NCBI GenBank assembly: GCA_018671175.1
Contig: JABHIE010000003.1
Location: 36,560 to 100,559, forward strand
DNA length: 64,000 nt
From: Planctomycetota bacterium
GTDB lineage: Bacteria > Planctomycetota > UBA1135
Reading direction: 5' to 3'
Shown here: positions 1-10,180 of the stretch, piece after piece
Position numbering within the stretch: position 1 is the first letter of the stretch
Layout of the letters: every line of letters starts with the position of its first letter
Made by a program: the position numbers and the translations under genes
Notes under the pieces: model-generated
Told to the model about the DNA's origin: nothing
Seen by the model: the letters and a program-made list of their open reading frames with translations, nothing else
The model's database searches: none

Positions 1-182
1 ATGGCTTCAAGCACCTTTTCATTGCACCGCTCAGGTGCATCATCGAAATTTGGCAACGCCATGACTAAATCGCGCAAATCGGTAAAGCGCACTTCGAGAG
101 GGTTTTGTTCGGGCTGGGCCTCGAACAACTCGGCCGCGATGTCGTAAATGTCGACCCATTTGAGTGGTCTCGAATCACTCAT
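1..182 (-). CDS. iscX: Fe-S assembly protein IscX (3' end runs off the window; absent from ORF track)
   Basis: Manual translation from ATG at 182 gives MSDSRPLKWVDIYDIAAELFEAQPEQNPLEVRFTDLRDLVMALPNFDDAPERCNEKVLEA, the IscX/YfhJ pattern (KW.D..DIA..L, vRFTDL, NEK.LEA). Last gene of the isc operon. Confidence 0.92.
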   Translation of the reverse strand, partial: MSDSRPLKWVDIYDIAAELFEAQPEQNPLEVRFTDLRDLVMALPNFDDAPERCNEKVLEA

Positions 183-534
183 GGCTTTCGCTCATTAGGT
201 TGCGATTCCAGCCAGGGATTTCGACAACGACATCAGATTCGCCGCTCGGGACGGCTTGGCATGCCAGCCTACTTTGTAAGGTCAAACCTGGAGCACTGTC
301 GAGCATGTCCTCCTCTTTTTCGCTGGCTTCGTTGAGTGAATTAAAACCACTCGTCACAATCACATGGCAAGTTGAGCAAGCACCGACACCGCCGCAGGCG
401 TGGTCGATAGAGACGCCTAAATCATTGGCCGTTTGAAGAATCGATTCTGGTAGCCCATCACGGCTCCCTCCATTTTGGCCCGCGGTGAGCTCGGTGCTTT
501 CGTCGGCAGGTTGAAAAGTGATGCGGTATTTCAT
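175..534 (-). CDS. fdx: ISC-type 2Fe-2S ferredoxin
   Basis: HACGGVGACSTCHV and SRLACQ motifs; isc operon context. Confidence 0.95.
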   Translation of the reverse strand: MKYRITFQPADESTELTAGQNGGSRDGLPESILQTANDLGVSIDHACGGVGACSTCHVIVTSGFNSLNEASEKEEDMLDSAPGLTLQSRLACQAVPSGESDVVVEIPGWNRNLMSESHE

Positions 535-543
535 ATCAATCTA

Positions 544-2463
544 TTAAGACTTGTCGCCGAGTAAATCTTGCACATTCTTGTCTTTGACCGCCTGCACCGC
601 GACATCGCTCATCAAAATTTCAGCAAGAGGAAGCGATGCGGATTCGAGAGCGTCGAGTATTTCTTTTAACTTTTTTGGGTCGCGGATGCGCTCAGCGGTG
701 TCGGCCGTTTCAAGAGCAACATGCAGTGCTTCAAACGCATCGTCACTGAGGTTGTCTTCGGCCAAATCTAAATGCTTGCTAACAGCGCGGACGACATTTT
801 CGAGTTGCGATTGCGTGTCTGCGAGTTGTCGGGTTGTCATGTCGACCTCAGCATTTTCCCAAGCGTCGGTCAGCATGGTTTCGACTTCGGCATCGGTCAG
901 CCCATGTCGAGGTTGGATTTCAATTTCAGCGCTCACATCACTGCGTTGCTCACGCGCCTTAACTTTGAGCATGCCGTTGGCGTCAAGCGTGAACTGAACA
1001 GCAACTTGCGGTAAGCCAGCCGGCATGGGTGGGATGCCCCGCAAAGTAAATTCGCCAAGCTCTCGGCAATCACTCGCCATCTCGCGCTCACCTTGCACGA
1101 CTTTAAAGACAATGGCCGTCTGGCCATCCACTTGAGTGGTAAAACCGTCTTGTGCTTGCGCCGGAATCTGTGTGTTGCGCGGGATGATTTTATTTACCGT
1201 TCCGCCAAAGGCTTCCACGCCGAGGGAAAGCGGGGTTACATCGAGCAAAAGTAAATCACTAACTTTTCCACCAAGGACGCCCGCCTGGACTGCCGCGCCC
1301 AAAGCCACAACGCGGTCGGGGTCGAGGCTGTCATTGCCGGGTCGCTGGAATAATTGAGCCACGGCAGCCTTTACTAATGGCACACGGGTTGAGCCGCCGA
1401 CCAAAACAACCTCATCGACATCGCTGGCTTGCATCTCAGCATCGCGCATGACTTGTACGCAACAATCGAGTGTGCGCTTGACGAGCGGAGTCGCCCATTC
1501 TTGGAATTGCCGCCACCCGATTGTTGCCCGCCAAAATAAACCTAACTCAGGAGCGCGAAGAGAAATCTCGGCCTCTTCGGCATCGCTCAATTCGATTTTG
1601 CACTTTTCTGCAGCGATGCGCAAGGCGCTAAGGGCAGCAGCGTTTGAAGACAAGTCGATGTTGTGCGTTTCAAGAATTTGTTGAACGGCGTAGTCAACAA
1701 TGGTGCGATCTAAATCGTCACCACCCAAATAAGTGTCTCCGGAGGTCGCTAAAACGCGAAACACGCCGCCCTCAAGTTGCAGGATGCTGACATCAAAAGT
1801 CCCGCCGCCAAAATCGTAGACCACGACTCGCTCCGCGTTTTTGCGGTCAAGCCCATAAGCCATCGCCGCAGCGGTCGGTTCATTGACCATGCGGATGACA
1901 TCAAGACCCGCAAGTTTGGCCGCGTCGCGCGTCGCGGATCGTTGCGCGTCATCAAAATAAGCCGGAACTGTTATGACAGCTTTTGTAATCAGAGCGAGGT
2001 CTTTTTTGAGTGACTCACTTGCTCGTAATCGAGCAGCACTCAGGATTTGCGCAGAGATTTCTGTGGGCGAAATCAAACGGTTGTCGCTGAGCTGCACCAT
2101 CGCAACTTCACGGTCGGGAGCGTTGACAATCGTGTAGGGGAGTCGCGTAACTTCGTCTTTTAAATCACTCAACCCCTTTCCGATGAGCCGTTTTGTCGAG
2201 TGAATCGTTTGGGACGGGTCAACTTTGGCGCGCTCAAGAGCGCTTTGCCCGACAACGGGTGCGCCACCATCGGTCGGCCAAGAAACGACGGATGGTAAAA
2301 GTGCTCCTGTGCCATCGGCCGCAGTCAAAACGCGTGGCCCCCCGGCGTCATAGATGGCGACAAGGGTGTTCGTCGTGCCAAGGTCGATGCCTAAGACAAT
2401 CGTCTCTTCGGCGGGAACTGGGTCGTCTTGACCCAGCACGGTTAAGCTTGGGAAATCGCTCAT
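544..2463 (-). CDS. hscA: Hsp70-family Fe-S chaperone HscA
   Basis: GIDLGTTN, VITVPAYF, DFGGGTFD Hsp70 motifs; lies between hscB and fdx. Confidence 0.93.
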   Translation of the reverse strand: MSDFPSLTVLGQDDPVPAEETIVLGIDLGTTNTLVAIYDAGGPRVLTAADGTGALLPSVVSWPTDGGAPVVGQSALERAKVDPSQTIHSTKRLIGKGLSDLKDEVTRLPYTIVNAPDREVAMVQLSDNRLISPTEISAQILSAARLRASESLKKDLALITKAVITVPAYFDDAQRSATRDAAKLAGLDVIRMVNEPTAAAMAYGLDRKNAERVVVYDFGGGTFDVSILQLEGGVFRVLATSGDTYLGGDDLDRTIVDYAVQQILETHNIDLSSNAAALSALRIAAEKCKIELSDAEEAEISLRAPELGLFWRATIGWRQFQEWATPLVKRTLDCCVQVMRDAEMQASDVDEVVLVGGSTRVPLVKAAVAQLFQRPGNDSLDPDRVVALGAAVQAGVLGGKVSDLLLLDVTPLSLGVEAFGGTVNKIIPRNTQIPAQAQDGFTTQVDGQTAIVFKVVQGEREMASDCRELGEFTLRGIPPMPAGLPQVAVQFTLDANGMLKVKAREQRSDVSAEIEIQPRHGLTDAEVETMLTDAWENAEVDMTTRQLADTQSQLENVVRAVSKHLDLAEDNLSDDAFEALHVALETADTAERIRDPKKLKEILDALESASLPLAEILMSDVAVQAVKDKNVQDLLGDKS

Positions 2464-2969
2464 GGATTGAGTTGTTTGCGTGTGCGGCGCAAGTAAGCGG
2501 TGCGCTGAAGCCGGTCTCGTAAATCTGCAGGGGCTTCTTTTGCCAAATAGGCGTCGCCAAAGGCGTTTAATTCTTCGAACTCGCGCGCAGCGAATTTTGC
2601 ATCGAGTTGTCTGATGCGACTGGAATCGCCGCTCGCCTCTGCATCAAAGGCTTCTTCTTTGAGCTCCATCATTTCCATGAGGAACATTGGGTCGGCATTT
2701 TTGTCGGTGCCGTCTTGCATGGGTGCGCCAAGCTCTTTGAGCAAAGCCTGCGCGCGTAAGAATGGGTCGCGTAAAGTGCGCCATGCTTCGTTGATCGCCG
2801 ACATTGCGTCTTCGGCGGTTGCGCGCTCGGCATCAGTAGCAAGCGCAAATCGATCGGGGTGCCAACGCAAGCCCGCCTCGCGCAAAGCAGTATCAAGTGC
2901 AACCGTGTCAACGGCCCAGCTTTGCTCAAGCCCGAGTCGGTGCCAGAGATTTGTCGCGGATGGATTCAT
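2460..2969 (-). CDS. hscB: J-domain co-chaperone HscB
   Basis: HPD motif (WHPDRF), INEAWRTLRDP, DPMFLMEMMEL; 4-bp overlap with hscA. Confidence 0.92.
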   Translation of the reverse strand: MNPSATNLWHRLGLEQSWAVDTVALDTALREAGLRWHPDRFALATDAERATAEDAMSAINEAWRTLRDPFLRAQALLKELGAPMQDGTDKNADPMFLMEMMELKEEAFDAEASGDSSRIRQLDAKFAAREFEELNAFGDAYLAKEAPADLRDRLQRTAYLRRTRKQLNP

Positions 2970-3017
2970 AGTCGCAATGAGACGAATTCAAACTCATCAT
3001 CAATCGATGAGCCGCGC

Positions 3018-3377
3018 CTAAACGCTAAACGATTCGCCGCAGCCGCAAGTGCTGTCAGCGTTGGGGTTTTTGAATTGAAAGCCCTTGCCTTGCAAACCAG
3101 AAGTGTGGTCAAGCACGGTGCCACTTAAGTAAATAATCGACTTGGGGTCGACAAAAACGCGCACGCCATCTTGCTCGATAATGTGATCGCCCGATGCCGA
3201 ATCTTTATCAAAACTTAAGGTGTAAGTGAAGCCTGAACAACCACCACCTTGCACACCCACGCGGACGCCCGCCGTCTTGGGCAAATCGTTTTCTTGGGTC
3301 AGCCGCAAAATTTCGGCAACGGCTGCATCGGTTAATGAGAGTGCCTTTTCAATCAGAGCTTTTTGTGCTTCACTCAT
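3018..3377 (-). CDS. iscA: A-type Fe-S carrier IscA
   Basis: GGGCSGFTY and NPNA..TCGCGESF motifs. Confidence 0.95.
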   Translation of the reverse strand: MSEAQKALIEKALSLTDAAVAEILRLTQENDLPKTAGVRVGVQGGGCSGFTYTLSFDKDSASGDHIIEQDGVRVFVDPKSIIYLSGTVLDHTSGLQGKGFQFKNPNADSTCGCGESFSV

Positions 3378-3796
3378 GCGGATTCCTCGGCGGTTGCGCT
3401 TGAGTCAGCCTCAGGGGAGTAGCCGACCTTTTTTTGGTAATCATCAATCGCCTGGCGGATGGCATCTTCGGCCAAAACCGAGCAGTGGATTTTTACAGGC
3501 GGCAAGGCCAACTCATTGGCGATGTCGACATTCTTAATCTCAGTGGCCTCTTCGAGCGTGCGGCCTTTGAGCCACTCGGTCGCGAGACTTGATGAGGCAA
3601 TCGCAGAGCCGCAACCAAAAGTCTTGAACTTAGCATCAGTGATGACGCCGTCTTGGACTTGGATTTGCAGTTTCATGACATCGCCGCACTCAGGTGCGCC
3701 AACGACGCCCGTGCCGACTTCTTCGGAATCTTTGTCCATGGACCCAACATTGCGTGGGTTCTGGTAGTGGTCGATGACTTTTTCGCTGTAGGCCAT
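3374..3796 (-). CDS. iscU: Fe-S scaffold IscU (start reassigned to MAYSEKV)
   Basis: GAPECGD, KTFGCGSAIA, LPPVKIHC motifs; ATG at 3796. Confidence 0.96.
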   Translation of the reverse strand: MAYSEKVIDHYQNPRNVGSMDKDSEEVGTGVVGAPECGDVMKLQIQVQDGVITDAKFKTFGCGSAIASSSLATEWLKGRTLEEATEIKNVDIANELALPPVKIHCSVLAEDAIRQAIDDYQKKVGYSPEADSSATAEESA

Positions 3797-3809
3797 TTGA
3801 TTTTGGGGT

Positions 3810-5027
3810 TTAGTGCCCGCTCCATTCGATGGAGTTGATGTCGATGCCTTCCATGGCCATCTCGTAGAGAGGTGACATATCACGGAGGCGTTTGACCGTT
3901 GCGACTGTGGCGTCGGCGGCTAGATCGATCTCTTGAAGAGTCGAGAAACGGCCAAGGCTAAATCGCAGGGATGAATGAGCTAAGTCGTCGCCCACGCCCA
4001 TTGCGCGGAGTACATAACTAGGCTCAAGAGATGCCGAAGTGCATGCGGAGCCAGAACTTACGGCAATGTTGTCGAGGCCGAGCAGCATGGATTCGCCTTC
4101 GACATAAGCAAAGGATAAATTCAAATTACAAGCAAGGCGCTCGCTGGCATGACCATTGTGATGGACGAAATCGAGCTCGGTGTTGAGGCGATTTTGCAGG
4201 TGGTCGCGCAAGCCTGTGATATGAGCGTGATCTTTTTCGCGCTCGGCAAGGCAGATTTCGATGGCTTTGCCGAAACCAACAATGCCCGGCACATTGAGAG
4301 TGCCCGAGCGGAAACCCCGCTCATGGCCTCCGCCAAAAAAGATGGGCTCAAGGCGCACACGGGGGGAGCGGCGGCGGACATAAAGCATGCCGACCCCTTT
4401 GGGGCCGTAAAGCTTATGCGCGGATGCAGAGAGCAAATCGATTTTCATCGCGTCGACATCAATGCTTTCTTTGCCGAAGGTCTGCGTGGCGTCGGTGTGG
4501 AAAAGCACGCCCGCATCTCGGCAAATTGCGCCAATCTCAGCGATCGGGTGCAAAGTGCCGACTTCGTTGTTGCCGTGCATCAGTGAAACCAAAACCGTGT
4601 CGGGGCGGATGGCAGCCTTTAAATCGCTCAGCGAAAGGGCGCCATCGCCATCGACATCAAGGATGGTGATGCTCCATCCTTGATTCTGGAGGGCTAAAAA
4701 TGGATCGAGCACAGCCTTGTGCTCGGTCGAGGCCGTGATGATGTGCTTGCCCTTGGGGGCGTACATCTTGGCGACGCCTTGAATAGCGATGTTGTTTGAC
4801 TCGGTCGCGCCCGAAGTGAAAATGATTTCGCGCTGACTTGCGCCCACGGCCTCACCCAGAATTTGCCGCGCCTGCGTGACGCCTTTTTCAGCTTCCCAGC
4901 CGAAAGCGTGGTTGCGCGAGGCTGCGTTGCCAAAGAGGTCGCCAAAATAGGGGAGCATGGCCTCAAGCACGCGCGGGTCAACGGGCGTGGTGGCTTGGTA
5001 GTCGAGGTAAATGCGAGGTTTGGTCAT
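3810..5027 (-). CDS. iscS: Cysteine desulfurase IscS
   Basis: [19 protein letters not shown] (PLP lysine), SSGSACTS catalytic loop. Confidence 0.97.
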   Translation of the reverse strand: MTKPRIYLDYQATTPVDPRVLEAMLPYFGDLFGNAASRNHAFGWEAEKGVTQARQILGEAVGASQREIIFTSGATESNNIAIQGVAKMYAPKGKHIITASTEHKAVLDPFLALQNQGWSITILDVDGDGALSLSDLKAAIRPDTVLVSLMHGNNEVGTLHPIAEIGAICRDAGVLFHTDATQTFGKESIDVDAMKIDLLSASAHKLYGPKGVGMLYVRRRSPRVRLEPIFFGGGHERGFRSGTLNVPGIVGFGKAIEICLAEREKDHAHITGLRDHLQNRLNTELDFVHHNGHASERLACNLNLSFAYVEGESMLLGLDNIAVSSGSACTSASLEPSYVLRAMGVGDDLAHSSLRFSLGRFSTLQEIDLAADATVATVKRLRDMSPLYEMAMEGIDINSIEWSGH

Positions 5028-5049
5028 CGTTGTGGAAGAGCGGGCGGAG

Positions 5050-5499
5050 TTAAACCTGTAAAGATTTAGCGGCCGTGGCGGCGCTCATCATGTGGTCGGG
5101 GTGGCCAGGCGTGAGGTGAGCCAGCGTGAAGCCATCGAGCACGCCTTTGACTTGCTCGGCAACTTTTGAAATCGCACCGTGAATGGTGCAGGAACTCTCA
5201 CGGGTGCAAGTTAGGCCGGGGGCGCAGTTGGTGAATTGCACCTCGCCCTCGAGGATCTCGACAATGTCAAAAATCGTGAAATGCGTCGGGTCTTTTGCGA
5301 ATTGATACCCACCGTTGGGCCCGCGTTGCGAATTAATCAGCTCAGCGCGCGCCAAATCTTTGAGGACTTCCGCCAAAAGGCGAGCAGGGACGGCCATATC
5401 TTCGGCCATTTCGCGCACACTGCAAAACTCTGCCGCGCGGCTACCGAGGTAGGCGAGGGCCATGAGTCCGTATTCTGAGCGTTTGGTGAGACGAAGCAT
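5050..5499 (-). CDS. iscR: Rrf2-family regulator (IscR-like)
   Basis: Winged HTH with S.RGPNGGY, three C-terminal Cys (C-x5-C-x5-C-x2-H); heads the isc operon. Confidence 0.85.
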   Translation of the reverse strand: MLRLTKRSEYGLMALAYLGSRAAEFCSVREMAEDMAVPARLLAEVLKDLARAELINSQRGPNGGYQFAKDPTHFTIFDIVEILEGEVQFTNCAPGLTCTRESSCTIHGAISKVAEQVKGVLDGFTLAHLTPGHPDHMMSAATAAKSLQV

Positions 5500-5506
5500 T
5501 CCCCTT

Positions 5507-5563
5507 AATTTAGCACCGACTTGGTGCTTTTAAAGGGTTAATTGCACAGAAATAGTGCTAATT
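5507..5563. promoter_or_regulatory. Two GCAC-N7-GTGC inverted repeats next to the iscR -10 box (candidate Rrf2 operators)
   Basis: GCAC cgacttg GTGC at 5513-5527 and GCAC agaaata GTGC at 5544-5558; minus-strand TAAATT at 5507-5512, 7 nt before the iscR ATG. Confidence 0.6.
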
Positions 5564-5596
5564 GCCAAGAAACCGCTAAAAACAAGGCTTTTGGGC

Positions 5597-6019
5597 TCAC
5601 TCTTGAAAAAGACTTGCCTTGCCAGCGAGCGCAAATAGCTTGGATGGAATGCGAGTCGGGCGGTGCGTCTCGCGATGAATGCAGCCTAAATCGACCTTTC
5701 CAGTCGCGCAAAGCTCGCCCGTCTCACCATTTTCAATTTGAAAGGCCCAGCAAACGCGCGCACCGCTCATTTTGGTCATCCGCGTGCGCACTTTTGCGAT
5801 GTCGTCGTATCGCAAAGAAGCGTGGTACTCGCAGCTCGCCGATGTAACGGGCAAAATGACACCCTCGCAATCTTCAAGGTCACGGTAGCGCACGCCCTCA
5901 TCGCGCATCCATTCGACGCGGCCCATTTCAAACAAAGCCAGATAACGCGCGTAATACAAAACGCCCATGGAATCAATGTCGCGGAATAAAATCCGATACG
6001 AAGAGGTGTGCTCAGCCAT
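5597..6019 (-). CDS. Acyl-CoA thioesterase, YbgC/4HBT hotdog family
   Basis: F.DIDSMGVLYYARYL..FE.GR.E motif. Confidence 0.9.
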   Translation of the reverse strand: MAEHTSSYRILFRDIDSMGVLYYARYLALFEMGRVEWMRDEGVRYRDLEDCEGVILPVTSASCEYHASLRYDDIAKVRTRMTKMSGARVCWAFQIENGETGELCATGKVDLGCIHRETHRPTRIPSKLFALAGKASLFQE

Positions 6020-6058
6020 CCCTGAAGTTTAGCGGCGGATGCCCTTATCATGCGCACT

Positions 6059-6919
6059 ATGGCGAATGCAGAAAGCCCATCAGCCAAGTTGGCTCCCCAA
6101 GATTCCACGCGCTCGGCTGTGCTCGCAGCGGTGGGGCTTTCGGTTTTGGCTCCAGGGCTAGGGCATCTCGTGATAGCTAAGCGGCAGGCCGACGCAATTT
6201 TTTGGTTTGTCATTTGCCAAGTGCTTTTATTTGGCGGCTTCTATTTAGCGGGGGGCACGCAGGGCGATTACGCGCTTGCTTTACCATTTGGCATTAAGCT
6301 CATCTTGCCAGAAGTCATTAATTTCTTAGGTGCGCAGTTCGCTTCCACTTTGATCCCGAGTCTTGAGCACCTCGGCCGCTCGCCCGAAATGATTGCTAGC
6401 CGCAATTTGGGGCATCTACTGAGTGGAGCCTCGGGCGTGCTCTCCGCCTTTGCTGCGGCCCACGCGGCTAGTTGTGTTCTTGAAAAAGAAGAGCCGCTTC
6501 AAGCGGGCCTAAAACCGATGATTCTGCCTCGTACAGCGGCTTTGCTGACTTTGCTTTGCCCTGGTCTCGGGCACGCGAAAACGGGCCGTACCTTTAAAGC
6601 AAAACTCTTTTTCGTCAGCATCATGGGCCTGTTTTTCTTAGGCATGCTACTCGGTGATTGGGCTGATTTTGACCGCCAGCGCCACGCCTACTATTGGGCG
6701 GGCCAGATGTTTATCGGCTTACCCGGCTGGTTGACGGCATGGGCCTGCAGTGGCGTTTCGATGGATGGCGTGCCGGCCTACCTTGACGCTGGCCTGTTGT
6801 TCACAACAGCCGCAGGTTTCTTTAATGCCATCGCCTCGCTTGATGCTTACCATCGCTGCGAGCAAGATTATTTGGCTTTGCGCCAGACCAAGCAAACTTC
6901 GGTTGGGGGGCAGTCATGA
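6059..6919 (+). CDS. Multi-pass membrane protein with an internally duplicated PGLGH domain
   Basis: Two similar halves each starting PGLGH followed by hydrophobic helices; start at 6059 chosen from upstream TATCAT box (6050 possible). Confidence 0.75.
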   Translation: MANAESPSAKLAPQDSTRSAVLAAVGLSVLAPGLGHLVIAKRQADAIFWFVICQVLLFGGFYLAGGTQGDYALALPFGIKLILPEVINFLGAQFASTLIPSLEHLGRSPEMIASRNLGHLLSGASGVLSAFAAAHAASCVLEKEEPLQAGLKPMILPRTAALLTLLCPGLGHAKTGRTFKAKLFFVSIMGLFFLGMLLGDWADFDRQRHAYYWAGQMFIGLPGWLTAWACSGVSMDGVPAYLDAGLLFTTAAGFFNAIASLDAYHRCEQDYLALRQTKQTSVGGQS

Positions 6920-7113
6920 CCACTCTCTTGGGTCAACTCGCCTTGCTCGTGGTTTTTAGCTTTGCCTTGAGCGCTGTTGTCTCAGCTTATCGCGATGACG
7001 AAAAATCGGTCATCCTTAAAGGGATGCTGCGCCGCGCTTTGATGTTTATGGGTACGATCTTTGCCTTTGCTGTGGTTGGCTGGGCAATCGGCAACACGCT
7101 GCTGCGGCCTTAA
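6916..7113 (+). CDS. Small two-TM membrane protein
   Basis: Two hydrophobic helices; ATGA overlap with upstream gene. Confidence 0.7.
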   Translation: MTTLLGQLALLVVFSFALSAVVSAYRDDEKSVILKGMLRRALMFMGTIFAFAVVGWAIGNTLLRP

Positions 7114-7358
7114 CCGATGAGCTCGCGCATCGCATAGGCGAGAGCGCAAACACTCGCAATATTCGCTACCCAAAAAGATGGCTTGCGGATTTTGTGCCGA
7201 AATAAAGCCATGCCCACCAGTGCGCCAGTACCACCGCCGAGTGCCGCCCACATCAAGAGCACTCGCTCGGGCACACGCTCGCGCTGCTTTTGGGCTTTCC
7301 ATTTATCGAGACCGTAAAGACAAAGTGCCACGAAATTGGCCAGAGCAAACCAGAGCAT
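7110..7358 (-). CDS. DUF1294-family membrane protein
   Basis: YGLDKWKA..RVPERVL..GG..GAL..FRHKIRK pattern. Confidence 0.88.
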   Translation of the reverse strand: MLWFALANFVALCLYGLDKWKAQKQRERVPERVLLMWAALGGGTGALVGMALFRHKIRKPSFWVANIASVCALAYAMRELIG

Positions 7359-7359
7359 A

Positions 7360-9075
7360 TTAGTAACCCAACTGTTCTAGGAATTGAGCGCCATCTTCGC
7401 CCAAGTCGGCTTCAGGACCAGTCGTGCCAAGCCCGCGGAAAGGCAGGTCAATGGTTGTGCCATCAGGATGGAAAATGCGGCCACCGCGACGCGCACGGTA
7501 TAGCGTGCCTGTGCAGGGCACCTCAGCTGGCAAACTTGCTGGCTCGAATAAATTTAAATCCCATTCGCTGGGTAACGCAATGCCGGCCAATTGGAGCATC
7601 GTTGGCCCTAAAGCCCAGGCAGGCACAGCTTTGCTGCTTGATGAAACGGGCACATGCCCAGGCCAGAGCAAAGCAATAGGCACTCGGATTACAGAGTCGG
7701 CGAAAGAATGCCCATGCTCGAAGGAGCCTTCATCCCAGAGCTCTTCGCCGTGATCGGAGTGAAAGGCAATCAACAATGGTCGCGGACCATTTGCAAGCTC
7801 AGTTAGCCAGGGGTCAAGTTGCTTGTCGAGCTCGCGGCACTCTGCGTAATAAAGAGTGCGGACATTTTGTTGTGCATGAATGTCAAGGTCGAAAAAAGCC
7901 GCCCTTTGATCTGGAGTTGCATCGCTATCAATGAATGGAGGCAAGTCAAGCTCGGCAATAGGGTCGTCTGGCAAACCCAGCACGCCAATCGGCGCATAGG
8001 GGTGATGGGGGGCAATGAATTGAGCCACCAGGAAACGCGGGCGATCAGGCGTTTGCTGCCATATGTTTTTGCTGGCCTTTATCGTGAGAGCCGTACGGTC
8101 GCGAATACGAATGGATCGATGAAACCCGCGGTGCAGCCCCGTCCATTTTTCAAGGAATGGGTTTTGGTAAACCAAGCTAGTGAAGTAACCGGCGCGTTGA
8201 AATGCTTCACTCAGCAGCGGGATGCCATCATGAATGGCGCGGTATTTTTTATTGTTGACCTTGTTTTCTACTGGAGCGAATGCCCCACGCCCAGCTCCAT
8301 GTTGTGTCGCTGGCAGAGCGCTGAAGAGTGAAGCGTAGGAAGGTAGCGTCCAGTTAGATGGCGAAATGGCTTGATGCCAAACCGCGCCCATTTTGAGCCT
8401 AGCGCTCAAGAGAGGCATATGAGCAAGCGCGTCGCTGCGTAAAGTGTCGACGGAAAGAAGCAAGACATCGGGCTTTGTCGAGGCGCTCACGAATTCTTTT
8501 TCGGCGACCAATGGAAGAGCCCAGCCTACTCTTTGCTCAGAGCTGATTGTCTGCTGATTGACAGCTCTCGTGATGCAAATCAGTTTGCCTGCAGTTTGCG
8601 GTAACGGCGCCAACATTTCTTGCCAGCCTTGATTGCCTTGCGTCTGCGTAGAGAAAATCGACTGCGGTTGGTCGCTTGAATCTTGCCAAAAGACTTCACA
8701 GTGAGCTGTTGCGTCTTGGCCAAGCGTGGGCATCACGGCAGTGCTCAAAAAACGGGTACGAGTCGTCGCGGGGAACTCGAAAACGAGCTGAGAAGGCATC
8801 GAGACTTGCCACCCAGTACGCATGTCGAAGATGCGGTCAGGGACATCGGGCTGGCCAAGGTCTTCACGACAGATAAAGGCGCTTACCCAAGTAGTTGTGG
8901 ATTCAATGGCATCACCCAAAGCCAATGTCGGCTCTAGCCCGAAGGAAAGTGAAGAACCCCGGGCTTGGTATTGCTCAGAAGGCCCAAGGCCGTCATTGCA
9001 ACTTGAAAAAAGCGCAATGGAAGTCGCGCAGAAGGCAAGCGTTGTGCGGATCAACAGAAAGTTGGATGTCATCAA
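7360..9075 (-). CDS. Sulfatase-fold (alkaline phosphatase superfamily) protein, probable lipoprotein
   Basis: VLLLSVDTLRSD, WTLPSYASL, PHHPY, HSDHGEE, HGH motifs; N-terminal FSSC lipobox-like sequence. Confidence 0.85.
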   Translation of the reverse strand: MMTSNFLLIRTTLAFCATSIALFSSCNDGLGPSEQYQARGSSLSFGLEPTLALGDAIESTTTWVSAFICREDLGQPDVPDRIFDMRTGWQVSMPSQLVFEFPATTRTRFLSTAVMPTLGQDATAHCEVFWQDSSDQPQSIFSTQTQGNQGWQEMLAPLPQTAGKLICITRAVNQQTISSEQRVGWALPLVAEKEFVSASTKPDVLLLSVDTLRSDALAHMPLLSARLKMGAVWHQAISPSNWTLPSYASLFSALPATQHGAGRGAFAPVENKVNNKKYRAIHDGIPLLSEAFQRAGYFTSLVYQNPFLEKWTGLHRGFHRSIRIRDRTALTIKASKNIWQQTPDRPRFLVAQFIAPHHPYAPIGVLGLPDDPIAELDLPPFIDSDATPDQRAAFFDLDIHAQQNVRTLYYAECRELDKQLDPWLTELANGPRPLLIAFHSDHGEELWDEGSFEHGHSFADSVIRVPIALLWPGHVPVSSSSKAVPAWALGPTMLQLAGIALPSEWDLNLFEPASLPAEVPCTGTLYRARRGGRIFHPDGTTIDLPFRGLGTTGPEADLGEDGAQFLEQLGY

Positions 9076-10133
9076 GTATCGGGGCTAGGGCATGCACCCG
9101 GGCCAGACCGATGATAAAGCCCCCCGGGCAAGCGGAGCAGGTAGCCGCTTAACTCTAGCTCGACCAGGCGCATTTGCAGCCATTCGGGCTCTTGACCAAG
9201 CTCAAGGGCCATGGCTTCAAGGCTGAGGTCGCGTTGGTTGAGAACGGCTAACTCTGGCGGCTCAGCCGTTTCTTCGCGGAGACCCATGCTGTCTAAGATG
9301 TCGAGAGGGCTTGTCACTAAATATGCGCCATCACGCAACATGCCATGGACGCCCTCGGAGACGCTGCAATCAACCGCCCCGGGCAGCCCAAATAAATCGC
9401 GCCCTAAAGATAAAGCCCAACCCGCAGTGTTGAGGCTGCCTGAGCGCTTGGTCGCTTGAACCACCAAGGTGCCATGGGATAGAGCCGCGATGAGACGATT
9501 GCGGCGCAAGAAATTTTGACGAAGTGGTTTCATGCCTGTGGGGAATTCTGTCAAAACAAGCCCGCCCTGCTCCAAAATCGCATGAAGAAGTGGAGTGACG
9601 CCAGGTGGGTAATGCTGATCAGGGCCGGCAGCCATAACGGCAATTACGGCACCACCTGCTGAAAGCGCCCCTTGCATCGCGCACTGATCAATGCCCCGTG
9701 CCGCACCTGAAATCACGACCCCGCCTGCAGAGGCCACCCCAGAGCCAAATCGTCTGGCTTGCTCACGCCCATATGGAGTGCATGAGCGAGAACCCACAAT
9801 GGCCAGCCGCAAAACCGAAGCCTCAAGCAACTGAATCTGGCCCTCAGCGATTAAAAAGGGTGGCGGGAAGTCGAGCCCTTCAAGCCAAGCAGACGGCCAT
9901 GCCTCGTGCCCAGGGTAGAGGAAAACCCCGCCACCCAATTGAATCTGCTCGAGCAGTGATTCGCCAAGGTCGTCAGGGATGAGCCCCGCATACTTTGTGG
10001 CACCTAGGCTCAGCAAGGCCTCTTTGGCACTGCCGCGATTGTGCACCATGCGCCGAATGCCCGTCACGCCAAGCCCTGGCACGGCCTGCAGAGCTAAATG
10101 CGCGATCGCCTCATCAAAAAAAGAAACCTTCAT
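9072..10133 (-). CDS. dprA: DNA processing protein DprA
   Basis: AIVGSRSCTPYG, SGAARGID, FLRRNRLIAALS, SGSLNTA motifs. Confidence 0.95.
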   Translation of the reverse strand: MKVSFFDEAIAHLALQAVPGLGVTGIRRMVHNRGSAKEALLSLGATKYAGLIPDDLGESLLEQIQLGGGVFLYPGHEAWPSAWLEGLDFPPPFLIAEGQIQLLEASVLRLAIVGSRSCTPYGREQARRFGSGVASAGGVVISGAARGIDQCAMQGALSAGGAVIAVMAAGPDQHYPPGVTPLLHAILEQGGLVLTEFPTGMKPLRQNFLRRNRLIAALSHGTLVVQATKRSGSLNTAGWALSLGRDLFGLPGAVDCSVSEGVHGMLRDGAYLVTSPLDILDSMGLREETAEPPELAVLNQRDLSLEAMALELGQEPEWLQMRLVELELSGYLLRLPGGLYHRSGPGACPSPDT

Positions 10134-10180
10134 GCCATGAAGACGGTCTCATGGCAAGAAGGTAACGCTTTAGCTAAAAA

